This document shows positions 48,344 through 58,660 of a stretch of 64,000 bases of DNA, one piece after another. The notes below the pieces were generated by a model, which was given only the letters and a program-made list of their open reading frames with translations, searched no databases and was not told the DNA's origin. Each line of letters opens with the position of its first letter. Position 1 is the first letter of the stretch. Location of the stretch: contig CALUOT010000003.1 of the NCBI GenBank assembly GCA_944322355.1, forward strand, positions 1,549 to 65,548, written 5' to 3'. Made by a program: the position numbers and the translations under genes. The DNA comes from an uncultured Bacteroides sp. (GTDB lineage: Bacteria; Bacteroidota; Bacteroidia; Bacteroidales; Bacteroidaceae).

Positions 48344-49657
48344 ATGAATAAATTATGCTACTTAGGAGGCATTGGAATAATGCTTTTGTTTATGGTTGGT
48401 TGCAGTTCTTCTGACAATGAACCGATCAATTATCAAATAGAGACGACAGAGGAAGGTTCTTCGCAGTGTGTGATACCAGTTTATGCAGCCAATGAAAATC
48501 CTGCCGAAGGATTGCTGTTTGAAGGAGTAGGCAATGTCTTGTATATTGTAGATGGACAGTTGATGGGGGATGGATTTTCATTCAGTACTCCCGTGCGCCA
48601 AGGATTGGTTGAGATGGTTCCATACTCTCAAATTGACACATGGACGATTCGTGCAAATGTGGCAGAGAAACAAGCCTATTGGGTACGACACATGTCAACG
48701 GAACGATATACATACATTAAATTACGTATTTCTTATCTTACAGGTGTAAATGCAGGAATAGAATACTTAATTGATGATGTGATTGAAGTGGCTCCAGGTG
48801 AAGAAGGAAATGTAAATGCCAATGTACCGACAGCGGATGAAAAGTATGTGACCGATTATGCTATGCCACGGATGAATCCAATGAATTTGTATGTGGAACA
48901 TATCGTAAACAATGAGGATAATGCAATTTTAAATTATGCCTTGGAGTGGAATGAAGAGAAAAAACATGCAGCATGGGTGGCATTTACATTTGATGAAGTG
49001 ACAAAGGCTGACCAGACCAATCGCCCAGACGATGATCCTTGGGCTACTGACCCTATGCTGCCTACAGGGATGAGTCCGACAGATGCTGATCATCGTGCCG
49101 ACGGATTCGATCGAGGTCATCTTTGTGCCTCTAATGATCGTTTGTTCACAGTAGCGGCCAATGAACAGACCTTCTATTACAGCAACATAAGTCCGATGAT
49201 GAGTTCGTTCAACGGAGGTTTTTGGGCTTCATTCGAGATCTTGGTACAGAACTGGGGACGTTCGGATGATTATGATAAAGTTTATGTAGCTAAGGGAGGA
49301 ACGCTTGACCAGTTGCTGATTAATTATACTGGAGTAAAGGCTGGTAATGATGGCGTAATTCCTAAGACGGATGAAAATGGTTTCACGATTCATGGATTGG
49401 CTTGTCCGAAATATTATTTTATGGCCGTTTTGACAGAGCATGAGGGAGAATATCATGCTATCGGTTTTTGGATGGAGCATCGGGATGATTATGGGTATGA
49501 ATACGATGAATTTGCGCCTTCGGACGTGATGAAAACCTACGCTCTCAGCATCGATGACTTGGAAGAACGCACGGGTTTGGATTTCTTCTGCAATCTGCCT
49601 GATGTGATAGAAAATGAGGTGGAAAGCAGCTGGAGCGAAGCGGACTGGACTTGGTAA
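48344..49657 (+). CDS. DNA/RNA non-specific endonuclease (NucA/EndoG His-Me finger), lipoprotein
   Basis: Lipobox MVGC; GFDRGHLCAS, TFYYSNISP...FNGGFW, SIDDLEERTGLDFF; about 130-aa unrecognised N-terminal domain. Confidence 0.93.
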   Translation: MNKLCYLGGIGIMLLFMVGCSSSDNEPINYQIETTEEGSSQCVIPVYAANENPAEGLLFEGVGNVLYIVDGQLMGDGFSFSTPVRQGLVEMVPYSQIDTWTIRANVAEKQAYWVRHMSTERYTYIKLRISYLTGVNAGIEYLIDDVIEVAPGEEGNVNANVPTADEKYVTDYAMPRMNPMNLYVEHIVNNEDNAILNYALEWNEEKKHAAWVAFTFDEVTKADQTNRPDDDPWATDPMLPTGMSPTDADHRADGFDRGHLCASNDRLFTVAANEQTFYYSNISPMMSSFNGGFWASFEILVQNWGRSDDYDKVYVAKGGTLDQLLINYTGVKAGNDGVIPKTDENGFTIHGLACPKYYFMAVLTEHEGEYHAIGFWMEHRDDYGYEYDEFAPSDVMKTYALSIDDLEERTGLDFFCNLPDVIENEVESSWSEADWTW

Positions 49658-49745
49658 GATATACTCCATCAGCCAAGTAAGTACTATTGCATGTGCCAAG
49701 TAAGATATACTTCGTTGGCTAAGTAAGTACTACTGCGTTTTTCAA
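49654..49745. repeat. Tandem repeat, 4 x 23 bp, alternating A-B-A-B
   Basis: GTAAGATATACTCCATCAGCCAA, GTAAGTACTATTGCATGTGCCAA, GTAAGATATACTTCGTTGGCTAA, GTAAGTACTACTGCGTTTTTCAA. Confidence 0.85.
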
Positions 49746-49754
49746 TGTGGTTGG

Positions 49755-49804
49755 ATTCCCCCATTCTTCCTGAAATGCTAACAGGAGGAATGGGGAATAT
49801 TTTT
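49755..49804. terminator. Probable bidirectional terminator between convergent nuclease and META genes
   Basis: ATTCCCCCATTCTTCCTG / CAGGAGGAATGGGGAAT stem. Confidence 0.7.
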
Positions 49805-49828
49805 AAAATAATGATTTGGTGATGAGAA

Positions 49829-50623
49829 TTACTTTTTGGATAACGTCAATACCAACGAACCGGATTCATCATAGAGGCCAATGTTTCCGTCATCCAAATG
49901 CCCTATGGATTTTACGGCATTCAGTGCTTTCAATACCGTGCTTTCTACGTTGCTGTCGGGACAAGCCATCATGGTGCTGATAACTTGAGGGAAGCTGATG
50001 GCCGATGCATTGCTATCGTCGGTGACATAAGTACCGTTGATGAGGTTGCATCCGGCGTTGCCATGCAGTCGCTTGGTCGCAGTGTTAAATTCTATAAACG
50101 GTGTTTTCTCCATGCCTTCGGGGATAGTCAGATCCATGGCTTTTTTAATGAGCCAATGGCCTTCCAAGTCGGCGACAGTGGCTTTTGGTATGCGACGTTG
50201 GAGGACAAGAATCGGTCGTTTAGCCGATTTTCCACAGAGGGCAATTTGTCCGTTTTCTATTTTTTGTACTTTCTTCACTTGCGCAAGTGCCGTAAGTATG
50301 TTTTGTTCAACAGTCATATCAGGGCACATCATTCGTGTGGTTCCCATGGGTTGCAGTTCAAGTTGACCGGGTTTGGCATTGGTGTCATACGAACCCATCA
50401 GCCGGTTGCATCCGCTATGGCCATACACACGTCCGGATTGTGAGTTGAATCCGATGTAAGGAAACTCTTGTCCGGGGGTGGGAACCACTACTGAACCGTT
50501 TATTTCAATGATATTCCACTCACCGTTGATGTCGGTCATTGATGCAGCGTGCTTGCTGGAAGCACATGATGACAGTCCTGCAAGGGCAGTTGCCATACAT
50601 AAGGAAACAAGAATCTTATTCAT
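49829..50623 (-). CDS. Double META-domain (HslJ-like) lipoprotein
   Basis: Lipobox LSSC; two repeats G.SGCN...TRMMC and GNAGCN...TMMAC. Confidence 0.9.
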   Translation of the reverse strand: MNKILVSLCMATALAGLSSCASSKHAASMTDINGEWNIIEINGSVVVPTPGQEFPYIGFNSQSGRVYGHSGCNRLMGSYDTNAKPGQLELQPMGTTRMMCPDMTVEQNILTALAQVKKVQKIENGQIALCGKSAKRPILVLQRRIPKATVADLEGHWLIKKAMDLTIPEGMEKTPFIEFNTATKRLHGNAGCNLINGTYVTDDSNASAISFPQVISTMMACPDSNVESTVLKALNAVKSIGHLDDGNIGLYDESGSLVLTLSKK

Positions 50624-50821
50624 TGCGTTTATTGTTTAAGTTAAAATTCGGGGCAAATATAGGAATTTTTATGGGAAGTTAGTCTATTTGCAGGATTTTA
50701 GGACGTCGTTTCGTGAAGTATTTAGGAAGTTTTTCATGTTTATCTGAGAATTAAACCGTATATTTGCTTCCGGAATTTTCCTTAGGGAATTAAACTTAAA
50801 CTATTAATTTGAAAGATAAAA

Positions 50822-52015
50822 ATGGGTAAAGTTCTAATTATCGGTGCAGGCGGTGTAGGAACCGTTGTTGCACATAAAGTGGCTCAGAATCCTGATGTAT
50901 TTACTGAAATCATGATTGCCAGCCGTACGAAGTCGAAGTGTGACGCTGTGGTAAAAGCCATCGGTAACCCTGCCATCCGGACGGCACAGGTGGATGCAGA
51001 CCATGTAGACGAACTGGTGGCTCTGTTTAATGACTTCCGACCGGATATCGTTATCAATGTGGCTCTTCCTTATCAGGACCTTACCATCATGGAGGCTTGT
51101 CTGAAGAGTGGAGTCAACTATCTGGATACCGCTAACTACGAACCCAAAGATGTGGCTCATTTTGAATACAGTTGGCAATGGGCTTACAAGCAACGCTTTG
51201 AGGAGGCCGGTTTGACGGCTATTTTGGGCTGTGGCTTCGATCCGGGGGTAAGTGGTATTTTCACCGCATACGCAGCCAAGCATCATTTTGATGAAATACA
51301 ATATTTGGATATCGTGGATTGTAATGCCGGAAATCATCATAAGGCTTTTGCAACCAACTTTAATCCTGAAATCAACATACGTGAGATTACTCAAAACGGA
51401 CGTTATTATGAAAACGGTCAATGGGTAACGACAAAGCCGATGGAGATACACAAGGATTTGACGTATCCGAACATTGGTCCGCGTGATTCTTATTTGTTGT
51501 ATCATGAAGAGTTGGAATCGTTGGTAAAGAACTTCCCCACGATCAAGCGGGCACGCTTCTGGATGACGTTCGGGCAAGAATACCTCACTCATCTGCGTGT
51601 AATTCAGAATATTGGTATGGCTCGTATTGATGAAGTGGAATACAACGGTATGAAGATTGTGCCTTTGCAGTTCTTGAAAGCTGTTCTGCCCAATCCGCAG
51701 GATCTTGGTGAGAATTACGAAGGGGAGACGTCTATCGGTTGCCGTATACGTGGCCTGAAAGATGGTAAGGAGCGTACTTATTATGTATATAATAATTGCA
51801 GCCATCAAGCCGCTTATCAGGAAACGGGTATGCAGGGAGTCAGCTATACAACCGGTGTTCCGGCCATGATTGGTGCCATGATGTACTTGAAGGGAATCTG
51901 GCAGAAACCGGGCGTATGGAATGTGGAAGAATTTGATCCCGATCCGTTCATGGAGCAATTGAATAAACAAGGTTTGCCGTGGCATGAGGTATTCGATGGT
52001 GATTTGGAACTTTAA
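50822..52015 (+). CDS. Saccharopine dehydrogenase family / carboxy(nor)spermidine dehydrogenase
   Basis: GAGGVG, INVALPYQD, YLDTANYE, GCGFDPG, FATNFNPEINIREI, VSYTTGVP; -7 TATATTTG at 50759-50766. Confidence 0.92.
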   Translation: MGKVLIIGAGGVGTVVAHKVAQNPDVFTEIMIASRTKSKCDAVVKAIGNPAIRTAQVDADHVDELVALFNDFRPDIVINVALPYQDLTIMEACLKSGVNYLDTANYEPKDVAHFEYSWQWAYKQRFEEAGLTAILGCGFDPGVSGIFTAYAAKHHFDEIQYLDIVDCNAGNHHKAFATNFNPEINIREITQNGRYYENGQWVTTKPMEIHKDLTYPNIGPRDSYLLYHEELESLVKNFPTIKRARFWMTFGQEYLTHLRVIQNIGMARIDEVEYNGMKIVPLQFLKAVLPNPQDLGENYEGETSIGCRIRGLKDGKERTYYVYNNCSHQAAYQETGMQGVSYTTGVPAMIGAMMYLKGIWQKPGVWNVEEFDPDPFMEQLNKQGLPWHEVFDGDLEL

Positions 52016-52027
52016 TGGTGATATCGT

Positions 52028-52474
52028 ATGAAAGTAGGAGACAAAGCACCCGAATACTTGGGACTGAATGAGAAAGGAGAAGAAATCCACTTAAGCAATT
52101 ACCGGGGAAGGAAAGTGATACTGTATTTTTATCCGAAAGACAGTACATCGGGTTGCACGGCGCAAGCTTGTAATCTGCGCGATAATTACGACGAACTGCG
52201 CCGGGCAGGTTATGAAGTAATCGGGGTGAGTGTGGATAGTGAAAAGTCCCATCAGAAGTTTATCGAGAAAAACAATTTGCCCTTTACGTTGATTGCCGAC
52301 ACCGATAAGAAACTGGTGGAAGAATTTGGCGTATGGGGTGAGAAGAGTATGTACGGACGCAAGTACATGGGGACTTTCCGTACGACTTTCATTATTAATG
52401 AAGAAGGTATCATAGAGCGTGTTATTGGGCCGAAAGAGGTGAAAACCAAGGAACATGCGGCACAGATTCTGTGA
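52028..52474 (+). CDS. bcp: Thioredoxin-dependent thiol peroxidase
   Basis: [23 protein letters not shown]. Confidence 0.95.
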   Translation: MKVGDKAPEYLGLNEKGEEIHLSNYRGRKVILYFYPKDSTSGCTAQACNLRDNYDELRRAGYEVIGVSVDSEKSHQKFIEKNNLPFTLIADTDKKLVEEFGVWGEKSMYGRKYMGTFRTTFIINEEGIIERVIGPKEVKTKEHAAQIL

Positions 52475-52500
52475 ATATCCTCCTATATAAGTTAGTGAAT

Positions 52501-53541
52501 ATGGCGAAGAAAGACGAATTGAATTTTGAAAACGAAGCTGCCGCTGCGCCGAACAGCGAAAAACTGAAAGCCTTACAGGCAGCTATGGACAAGATAGAAA
52601 AGACTTTTGGTAAGGGTTCTATCATGAAGATGGGTGATGACAACGTTGAGCAAGTGGAGGTTATTCCCACAGGTTCCATCGGTTTGAATGTGGCTTTAGG
52701 GGTAGGCGGTTATCCACGCGGACGTATCATCGAAATTTATGGTCCGGAGTCTTCCGGTAAAACAACATTGGCCATCCATGCCATTGCTGAAGCGCAAAAA
52801 ATGGGAGGGACGGCAGCATTTATCGATGCGGAACATGCTTTCGACCGCTTTTATGCAGCTAAATTAGGGGTAGATGTGGATAATCTGCTTATTTCCCAGC
52901 CCGACAATGGAGAACAAGCGTTGGAGATTGCTGATCAGCTTATCCGCTCTTCGGCTATTGACATTATAGTGGTGGACTCTGTAGCAGCTTTGACTCCGAA
53001 AGCTGAGATTGAAGGTGATATGGGAGATAACAAAGTCGGCTTACAGGCACGTCTGATGTCACAAGCCTTGCGTAAGCTTACAGCCACAGTCAGCAAGACG
53101 CGTACTTGCTGTATCTTTATTAACCAGTTGCGTGAAAAAATCGGTGTGATGTTTGGCAATCCGGAGACGACCACCGGTGGTAATGCATTGAAGTTTTATG
53201 CTTCAGTCCGTCTGGATATTCGGCCGGGGCAAGCTATTAAGAACGGTGATGAAGTATTGGGCAAGCAGACCAAGGTCAAGGTGGTGAAGAATAAAGTGGC
53301 ACCTCCGTTCCGTCGTGCTGAGTTCGATATTATGTTCGGTGAAGGAATCTCCCGTTCGGGTGAAATCATCGACTTAGGTACGGACTTGGGTATCATCAAG
53401 AAGAGCGGTTCATGGTTCAGTTACAACGATACGAAGTTGGCTCAAGGCCGCGATGCTGCCAAACAAGTCATTCAAGACAATCCGGAATTGGCAGAGGAAT
53501 TGGAAGCCCTCATTTTTGAAGAGTTGAAAAAAGAAAAATGA
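52501..53541 (+). CDS. recA: Recombinase RecA
   Basis: [45 protein letters not shown]; start MAKKD at 52501. Confidence 0.99.
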   Translation: MAKKDELNFENEAAAAPNSEKLKALQAAMDKIEKTFGKGSIMKMGDDNVEQVEVIPTGSIGLNVALGVGGYPRGRIIEIYGPESSGKTTLAIHAIAEAQKMGGTAAFIDAEHAFDRFYAAKLGVDVDNLLISQPDNGEQALEIADQLIRSSAIDIIVVDSVAALTPKAEIEGDMGDNKVGLQARLMSQALRKLTATVSKTRTCCIFINQLREKIGVMFGNPETTTGGNALKFYASVRLDIRPGQAIKNGDEVLGKQTKVKVVKNKVAPPFRRAEFDIMFGEGISRSGEIIDLGTDLGIIKKSGSWFSYNDTKLAQGRDAAKQVIQDNPELAEELEALIFEELKKEK

Positions 53542-53576
53542 TAATCCGTCGCTTAGGAAAGGCGTAGGAAATATGG

Positions 53577-53609
53577 AAAAGGGTGTATCGTTAAGATACA
53601 TCCTTTTTT
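53577..53609 (+). terminator. Intrinsic terminator after recA
   Basis: AAAAGGGTGTATC / GATACATCCTTTT stem plus T run. Confidence 0.8.
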
Positions 53610-53828
53610 ATGGATGGTCAGGAAAAGTGTAAATGGTCATGTAAGGTCGAAATATTTTAATGAATTATCGATATAGTCTATATCTTTATGATATATCGAA
53701 TTTATAAAATCGATTTTGTCGTATCATTACCCGTCTTTATCTTATTGTTATATGGTTTTTCTTCTTACCTTTGCATTGAACATACAGCAAGTATGGTAGT
53801 TATTAACCCTAAAAAATAAGGTGATTTC

Positions 53829-55478
53829 ATGAAAAACAAGGTTTGGTTATTTTCTCTATGTTGTGCTGCTCTGATGTCATGTGGCAATACTGAGCAGTCA
53901 GCCTATCAGGTTCCGGTCTCCGAAGCAGACGAACCGATGATGAAAGGGCAGTTTCAACCCACTTGGGAATCTTTGAAGACTTATGAAGTACCGGAATGGT
54001 TCCGCAATGCCAAGTTTGGTATTTGGGCACATTGGGGTCCGCAATGTGTAGAAGGTTCGGGCGATTGGATGGCTCGTAGCTTGTATATTGAAGGTTCTCC
54101 GGAGTATCAATATCATGTGGAGCATTATGGGCATCCTTCGGAAGTCGGTTTTAAAGACATTATTCCTTTATTTAAAGCAGAAAGATGGAATCCTGATTCG
54201 TTAGTAGCTTTTTATAAGCAGATAGGTGCGCAATATTTCTTCGCTTTGGGCAATCACCATGATAATTTCGACCTTTGGGACAGTCAGTATCAATCTTGGA
54301 ACTCGGTGAATATGGGCCCGAAGAAAGATATTTTGGATGGCTGGGCTAAAGCAGCTCGTAAATCTGGACTTCCGTTTGGCGTCAGTTTGCATGCGGATCA
54401 CGCTTGGACTTGGTATGAGACTTCGCAGCGGCATGATACTATTGGTCCGAAGAAAGGCATTCCATACGATGGTAAGTTGACTAAAGCCGATGGTAAAGGA
54501 AAATGGTGGGAAGGCTATGACCCGCAGGAACTTTATGCGCAGAATCATCCGATGAGCAAAAATAGCTGGGACAATGGACAGATTCATCGCCAATGGGGAT
54601 GGGGAGAAGGTGTATGTGTGCCTACGCAGGAATATGTGACCAATTTTTACAATCGTACATTAGATGTTATCAATCGTTATAATCCTGATTTATTATATTT
54701 TGACGTGACGGTTTTGCCATTTTATCCTATCAGTGATGCCGGGTTGAAAATAGCTACTCATTTCTATAATCACAGTATGGCTACGCATGATGGTAAATTG
54801 GAGGCTGTTCTGTTTGGTAAGATTCTGGATGAAGAGCAACGGAAAGCCTTAGTCTGGGATGTGGAACGTGGTGCACCGAACGAGATGCTCGACGAACCTT
54901 GGCAGACTTGCACCTGTATAGGTGGTTGGCACTATAACACGTCGATTTATGAGAACGACCGTTATAAATCGGCAGCCAACGTGGTAAGGTTACTGATGGA
55001 TGTAGTAAGCAAAAACGGTAATCTCCTGTTAAGTGTACCGCTTCGTGCTGATGGTACATTCGATGAAAAAGAGAAGAAAATATTGGATGAATTTGGTGAA
55101 TGGATGGCAATCAACAAAGAAGCCATCTTCGATACCCGTCCTTGGAAAGTGTTTGGTGAAGGTCCTATAGCCGATTCGGATATTCAAATTAATGCGCAAG
55201 GATTTAATGAAGGCTCTTATACGGATGCAACAGCTCAAGAGATACGTTTTACGCAAAAAGGAGAGGATTTATATGTGTCGGCTTTGGCTTGGCCGGAAGA
55301 TAAGAAAGTGGTGGTGAAGTCATTAGCATCAGGTAATAATTTATACCCAGAAGAAATCAGCCAAGTAGAATTGTTAGGGTATGGAAAAGTGAAGTTCAAT
55401 CGTTCGAGTGAAGGATTGATCATTGAACTTCCCAATGAACAGCTGAATAAAATAGCTCCAGTTTTCAAAATCAGGTAA
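53829..55478 (+). CDS. Alpha-L-fucosidase, GH29, lipoprotein
   Basis: WFRNAKFGIWAHWG, HHDNF, LLYFD (nucleophile), DVERG, DVVSKNGNLLL; lipobox LMSC; -7 TACCTTTG at 53766-53773. Confidence 0.93.
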   Translation: MKNKVWLFSLCCAALMSCGNTEQSAYQVPVSEADEPMMKGQFQPTWESLKTYEVPEWFRNAKFGIWAHWGPQCVEGSGDWMARSLYIEGSPEYQYHVEHYGHPSEVGFKDIIPLFKAERWNPDSLVAFYKQIGAQYFFALGNHHDNFDLWDSQYQSWNSVNMGPKKDILDGWAKAARKSGLPFGVSLHADHAWTWYETSQRHDTIGPKKGIPYDGKLTKADGKGKWWEGYDPQELYAQNHPMSKNSWDNGQIHRQWGWGEGVCVPTQEYVTNFYNRTLDVINRYNPDLLYFDVTVLPFYPISDAGLKIATHFYNHSMATHDGKLEAVLFGKILDEEQRKALVWDVERGAPNEMLDEPWQTCTCIGGWHYNTSIYENDRYKSAANVVRLLMDVVSKNGNLLLSVPLRADGTFDEKEKKILDEFGEWMAINKEAIFDTRPWKVFGEGPIADSDIQINAQGFNEGSYTDATAQEIRFTQKGEDLYVSALAWPEDKKVVVKSLASGNNLYPEEISQVELLGYGKVKFNRSSEGLIIELPNEQLNKIAPVFKIR

Positions 55479-55571
55479 TTAAAATAGTGTGATAAAATGA
55501 ATGGTTTGCCGGCTCGTTTTGAGTCGGCAGGCCAGAGTTACATCCTTTTTTTAACATTAAATTTTAAATGT

Positions 55572-58500
55572 ATGGAAGATTTGTTAGGTAAAAAACGGAT
55601 ACATATTATCCGTTTGGTATTCTTGCTGATGATATTATTCGTCGGTAGTGTGCAGGCTCAGGGCCAAGGTTTAGTGAAAGGTACTGTGACAGATGGTAAT
55701 GGAGAACCTTTAATCGGTGTGAGTATCTTAGTAAAAGGAACAGACAATGGTGTGGTGAGTGATCTTGATGGTAGATTTTCGATTGCTGCTAATGTAGGTG
55801 ATGTAATAAGTTTCAGTTATGTGGGGTATGTTACTCAGGATTTACAAGTTCCTGGTAACCAAATGATGAATGTGGTTTTGGAAGAGGATACGAAACGACT
55901 GGATGAAGTGGTGGTAGTTGGTTATGGCACTCAAAAGAAAGTAAATCTGACAGGAGCCGTATCATCTGTTACTTCAGACGATTTGATTAATAAGCCTGTA
56001 ATGAGTACGGCTCAAGCCATTGCCGGACTGGCTCCCGGTTTAAGTGTTGTGTCAAATTCCGGACGTCCGGGTGCAGGTGCAACGGTTAAAATTCGTGGTA
56101 CCGGTACTTTCTCGAGTGCAGGAACTGATCCTTTAGTTTTGATTGATGGTATATCAGGAAGCATTGATGATGTGGATCCTAATGACATTCAAAGTATCTC
56201 TTTTTTGAAAGATGCTGCGTCGGCTTCAATTTATGGTAATCGTGCTGCTAACGGTGTGATTTTAATTGAAACAAAAAAAGGGGCATCTGGTAAAACTTCA
56301 GTTAGCTATAACGCATCTTTTGGTTGGCAGAATGCAACTGAATTGCCGGATTTCTTACCTTCTTGGGAATATGCCACTTATTACAATATGGCTATGAGTA
56401 ATATGGGATTGGCGGATGCCTATTCAGCGGAACAGATTCAGAAATATAGAGATGGTTCTGATCCGGACAATTATCCGAATGTGAATCATCTGAAGTGGTT
56501 ACTTGAAAGTGGTTCTGGTTTTCAACATCAGCATAATGTCAGTGTTAGGGGAGGAAATGAAAAGATTAATTATAGTGTGTCGATTGGATACAGAAAACAA
56601 GATGGTATTACGGCTGAAACTTCTAATGAGCGAATGACTGCTGTGCTTTCGTTGCAAAGTCAACTAAGTAATTCCTTGTCATTGAATTTGAATGTCAATG
56701 CCTATAATAATAAGTATAATGCTCCTAATGGTGAACCTCAAAGTATTGACGGAATGATTGGATATGCTGTCCGTCAAGGGCCTATTTATGCGGGACAGAA
56801 GTCTGATGGAACTTTTGGTTATCAAGATAATTATAGTCCTGAAGCTTGGTTGGCGGGTGAATCTTTCGTGGAGAATATCAGCCGCAACATCAGTGCAGCC
56901 GCTCAGCTGAAATGGGAAACTCCTGTTGAGGGACTTTCATTGACGGGAAAAGCCGGTGTCAATTATTGGACAAAATATGATAAGGCGTATCGTGCAGAAA
57001 CTTATTTTGATGAGAGCAAGACGGTCGGACCATCTGCTTTGAATGTTTGGACAGCTAATAATACATATACGACTTTTGAGGCTTTGGCAAATTATGAGAA
57101 GCAAATCAAAGAACATAATTTGAAAGTGCTTGTCGGGACCTCTGTAGAGCAAACTAAAAACAGAGGATTGGAGGGTTATCGAAATACGTTCCCTAATAAC
57201 TATCTGTATGAATTAGGTTCTGGTGATGCTTCTACAGCCACCAACAACAGTTCAACAGAAGAATATGCACTGGTATCTTTCTTTGGTCGTGTGAATTATG
57301 CTTTCAAGGATAGATATTTATTGGAAGGTAATTTGAGGTACGATGGTTCTTCTCGTTTTTCAGAAGATAACCGTTGGGGACTTTTCCCTTCCGTGTCTGC
57401 TGGTTGGAGAATCTCGGAAGAAGATTTTTGGAAAGAAACAGAAATATCGAATGCATTTGACAACTTGAAATTGCGTGTATCCTACGGTGTATTGGGTAAT
57501 CAGAATATTGGTATTTATCCTTATCAGCAGACTTATGATTTAGGACATAATTATCCGTTGGGTAATCCGGCAACTTTAGTTCCAGGAGCTTATGTATCTA
57601 CTTATAAAAACCAAGATATTACTTGGGAAAAAACGGCAATCACCAATGTCGGATTAGATTTTGGAATGTTAAATGGAGTGGTAAATGGTAGTGTGGAATA
57701 TTTCTATAAATATACTTCGGATATCTTGGCTCCTGTAGAAGTGACTGGTATAATGGGACGTAGCGTAGGTGAATCCAATGTGGGTGCTGTATCCAATAAA
57801 GGTATAGAAGTAAATCTTTCTTTCAACGGGCATATCGGGAAAGATTTTCGTTTCAGTATTGCTCCTAACTTTACATGGGTGAAGAATGCTGTAGAGGAAT
57901 TGGCCAATGGTGCTACAGAGGAAATCAATAATAACCGTATTGTGGGTGAACCTATTGGCATTATTTATGGTTATCAAACGGACGGTTTGTTTGTAGATCA
58001 AGCTGAGATTGATGCTGCACCTGAACAGTTGGTAGGTAAGAGTGATTTAAAGCCGGGTTATGTGAAGTATAAAGATATTAGCGGACCGAATGGTGTGCCT
58101 GATGGAAAAGTTGATGCAGAATATGACCGTACAGTGTTGGGTAGTACGACGCCTAAATTCTATTATGGATTGAATTTGTCTGCTTCTTACAAAGGTTTTG
58201 ATTTTTCAGCTTTGTTACAAGGCTTGGGAGGATACCAGCGTTTGATTGGTTCGTATATGGCGTATGCTTTTTATAATGGCGGTCAGATTCAACGGTGGCA
58301 GGCCGAAAATTGTTGGACGGTGGAAAATCCGGATAAATGGGCAGAATATCCGCGTATAGAAACGTTGAATATGAACAATACAAATTTGCAAACTTCGGAT
58401 TATTGGATGCGGAATGCAAATTTCCTGCGTATCAAAAATGTACAGATAGGTTATACTTTCCCGAAATCATGGACCAGAAAAATAGGAATAGAGAACTTAC

Positions 58501-58646
58501 GTTTGTATGTAAGTGGGCAGAATCTGTATAGCTTTAATGGTTTTTATAAAGGTTGGGATCCTGAAAATGAGATTGGAACAGGAGATGCTCCTTCTTATTA
58601 CCCGACTACGGCTGTTTATTCTTTTGGACTTAATCTTAATTTCTAA
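55572..58646 (+). CDS. susC: SusC/RagA TonB-linked outer-membrane transporter
   Basis: LDEVVVVGYGTQKK, LKDAASASIYGNRAANGVILIETKKG, RYDGSSRF, C-terminal GLNLNF; start MEDLL at 55572. Confidence 0.96.
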   Translation: MEDLLGKKRIHIIRLVFLLMILFVGSVQAQGQGLVKGTVTDGNGEPLIGVSILVKGTDNGVVSDLDGRFSIAANVGDVISFSYVGYVTQDLQVPGNQMMNVVLEEDTKRLDEVVVVGYGTQKKVNLTGAVSSVTSDDLINKPVMSTAQAIAGLAPGLSVVSNSGRPGAGATVKIRGTGTFSSAGTDPLVLIDGISGSIDDVDPNDIQSISFLKDAASASIYGNRAANGVILIETKKGASGKTSVSYNASFGWQNATELPDFLPSWEYATYYNMAMSNMGLADAYSAEQIQKYRDGSDPDNYPNVNHLKWLLESGSGFQHQHNVSVRGGNEKINYSVSIGYRKQDGITAETSNERMTAVLSLQSQLSNSLSLNLNVNAYNNKYNAPNGEPQSIDGMIGYAVRQGPIYAGQKSDGTFGYQDNYSPEAWLAGESFVENISRNISAAAQLKWETPVEGLSLTGKAGVNYWTKYDKAYRAETYFDESKTVGPSALNVWTANNTYTTFEALANYEKQIKEHNLKVLVGTSVEQTKNRGLEGYRNTFPNNYLYELGSGDASTATNNSSTEEYALVSFFGRVNYAFKDRYLLEGNLRYDGSSRFSEDNRWGLFPSVSAGWRISEEDFWKETEISNAFDNLKLRVSYGVLGNQNIGIYPYQQTYDLGHNYPLGNPATLVPGAYVSTYKNQDITWEKTAITNVGLDFGMLNGVVNGSVEYFYKYTSDILAPVEVTGIMGRSVGESNVGAVSNKGIEVNLSFNGHIGKDFRFSIAPNFTWVKNAVEELANGATEEINNNRIVGEPIGIIYGYQTDGLFVDQAEIDAAPEQLVGKSDLKPGYVKYKDISGPNGVPDGKVDAEYDRTVLGSTTPKFYYGLNLSASYKGFDFSALLQGLGGYQRLIGSYMAYAFYNGGQIQRWQAENCWTVENPDKWAEYPRIETLNMNNTNLQTSDYWMRNANFLRIKNVQIGYTFPKSWTRKIGIENLRLYVSGQNLYSFNGFYKGWDPENEIGTGDAPSYYPTTAVYSFGLNLNF

Positions 58647-58660
58647 ATTCTTTAAAAGAT

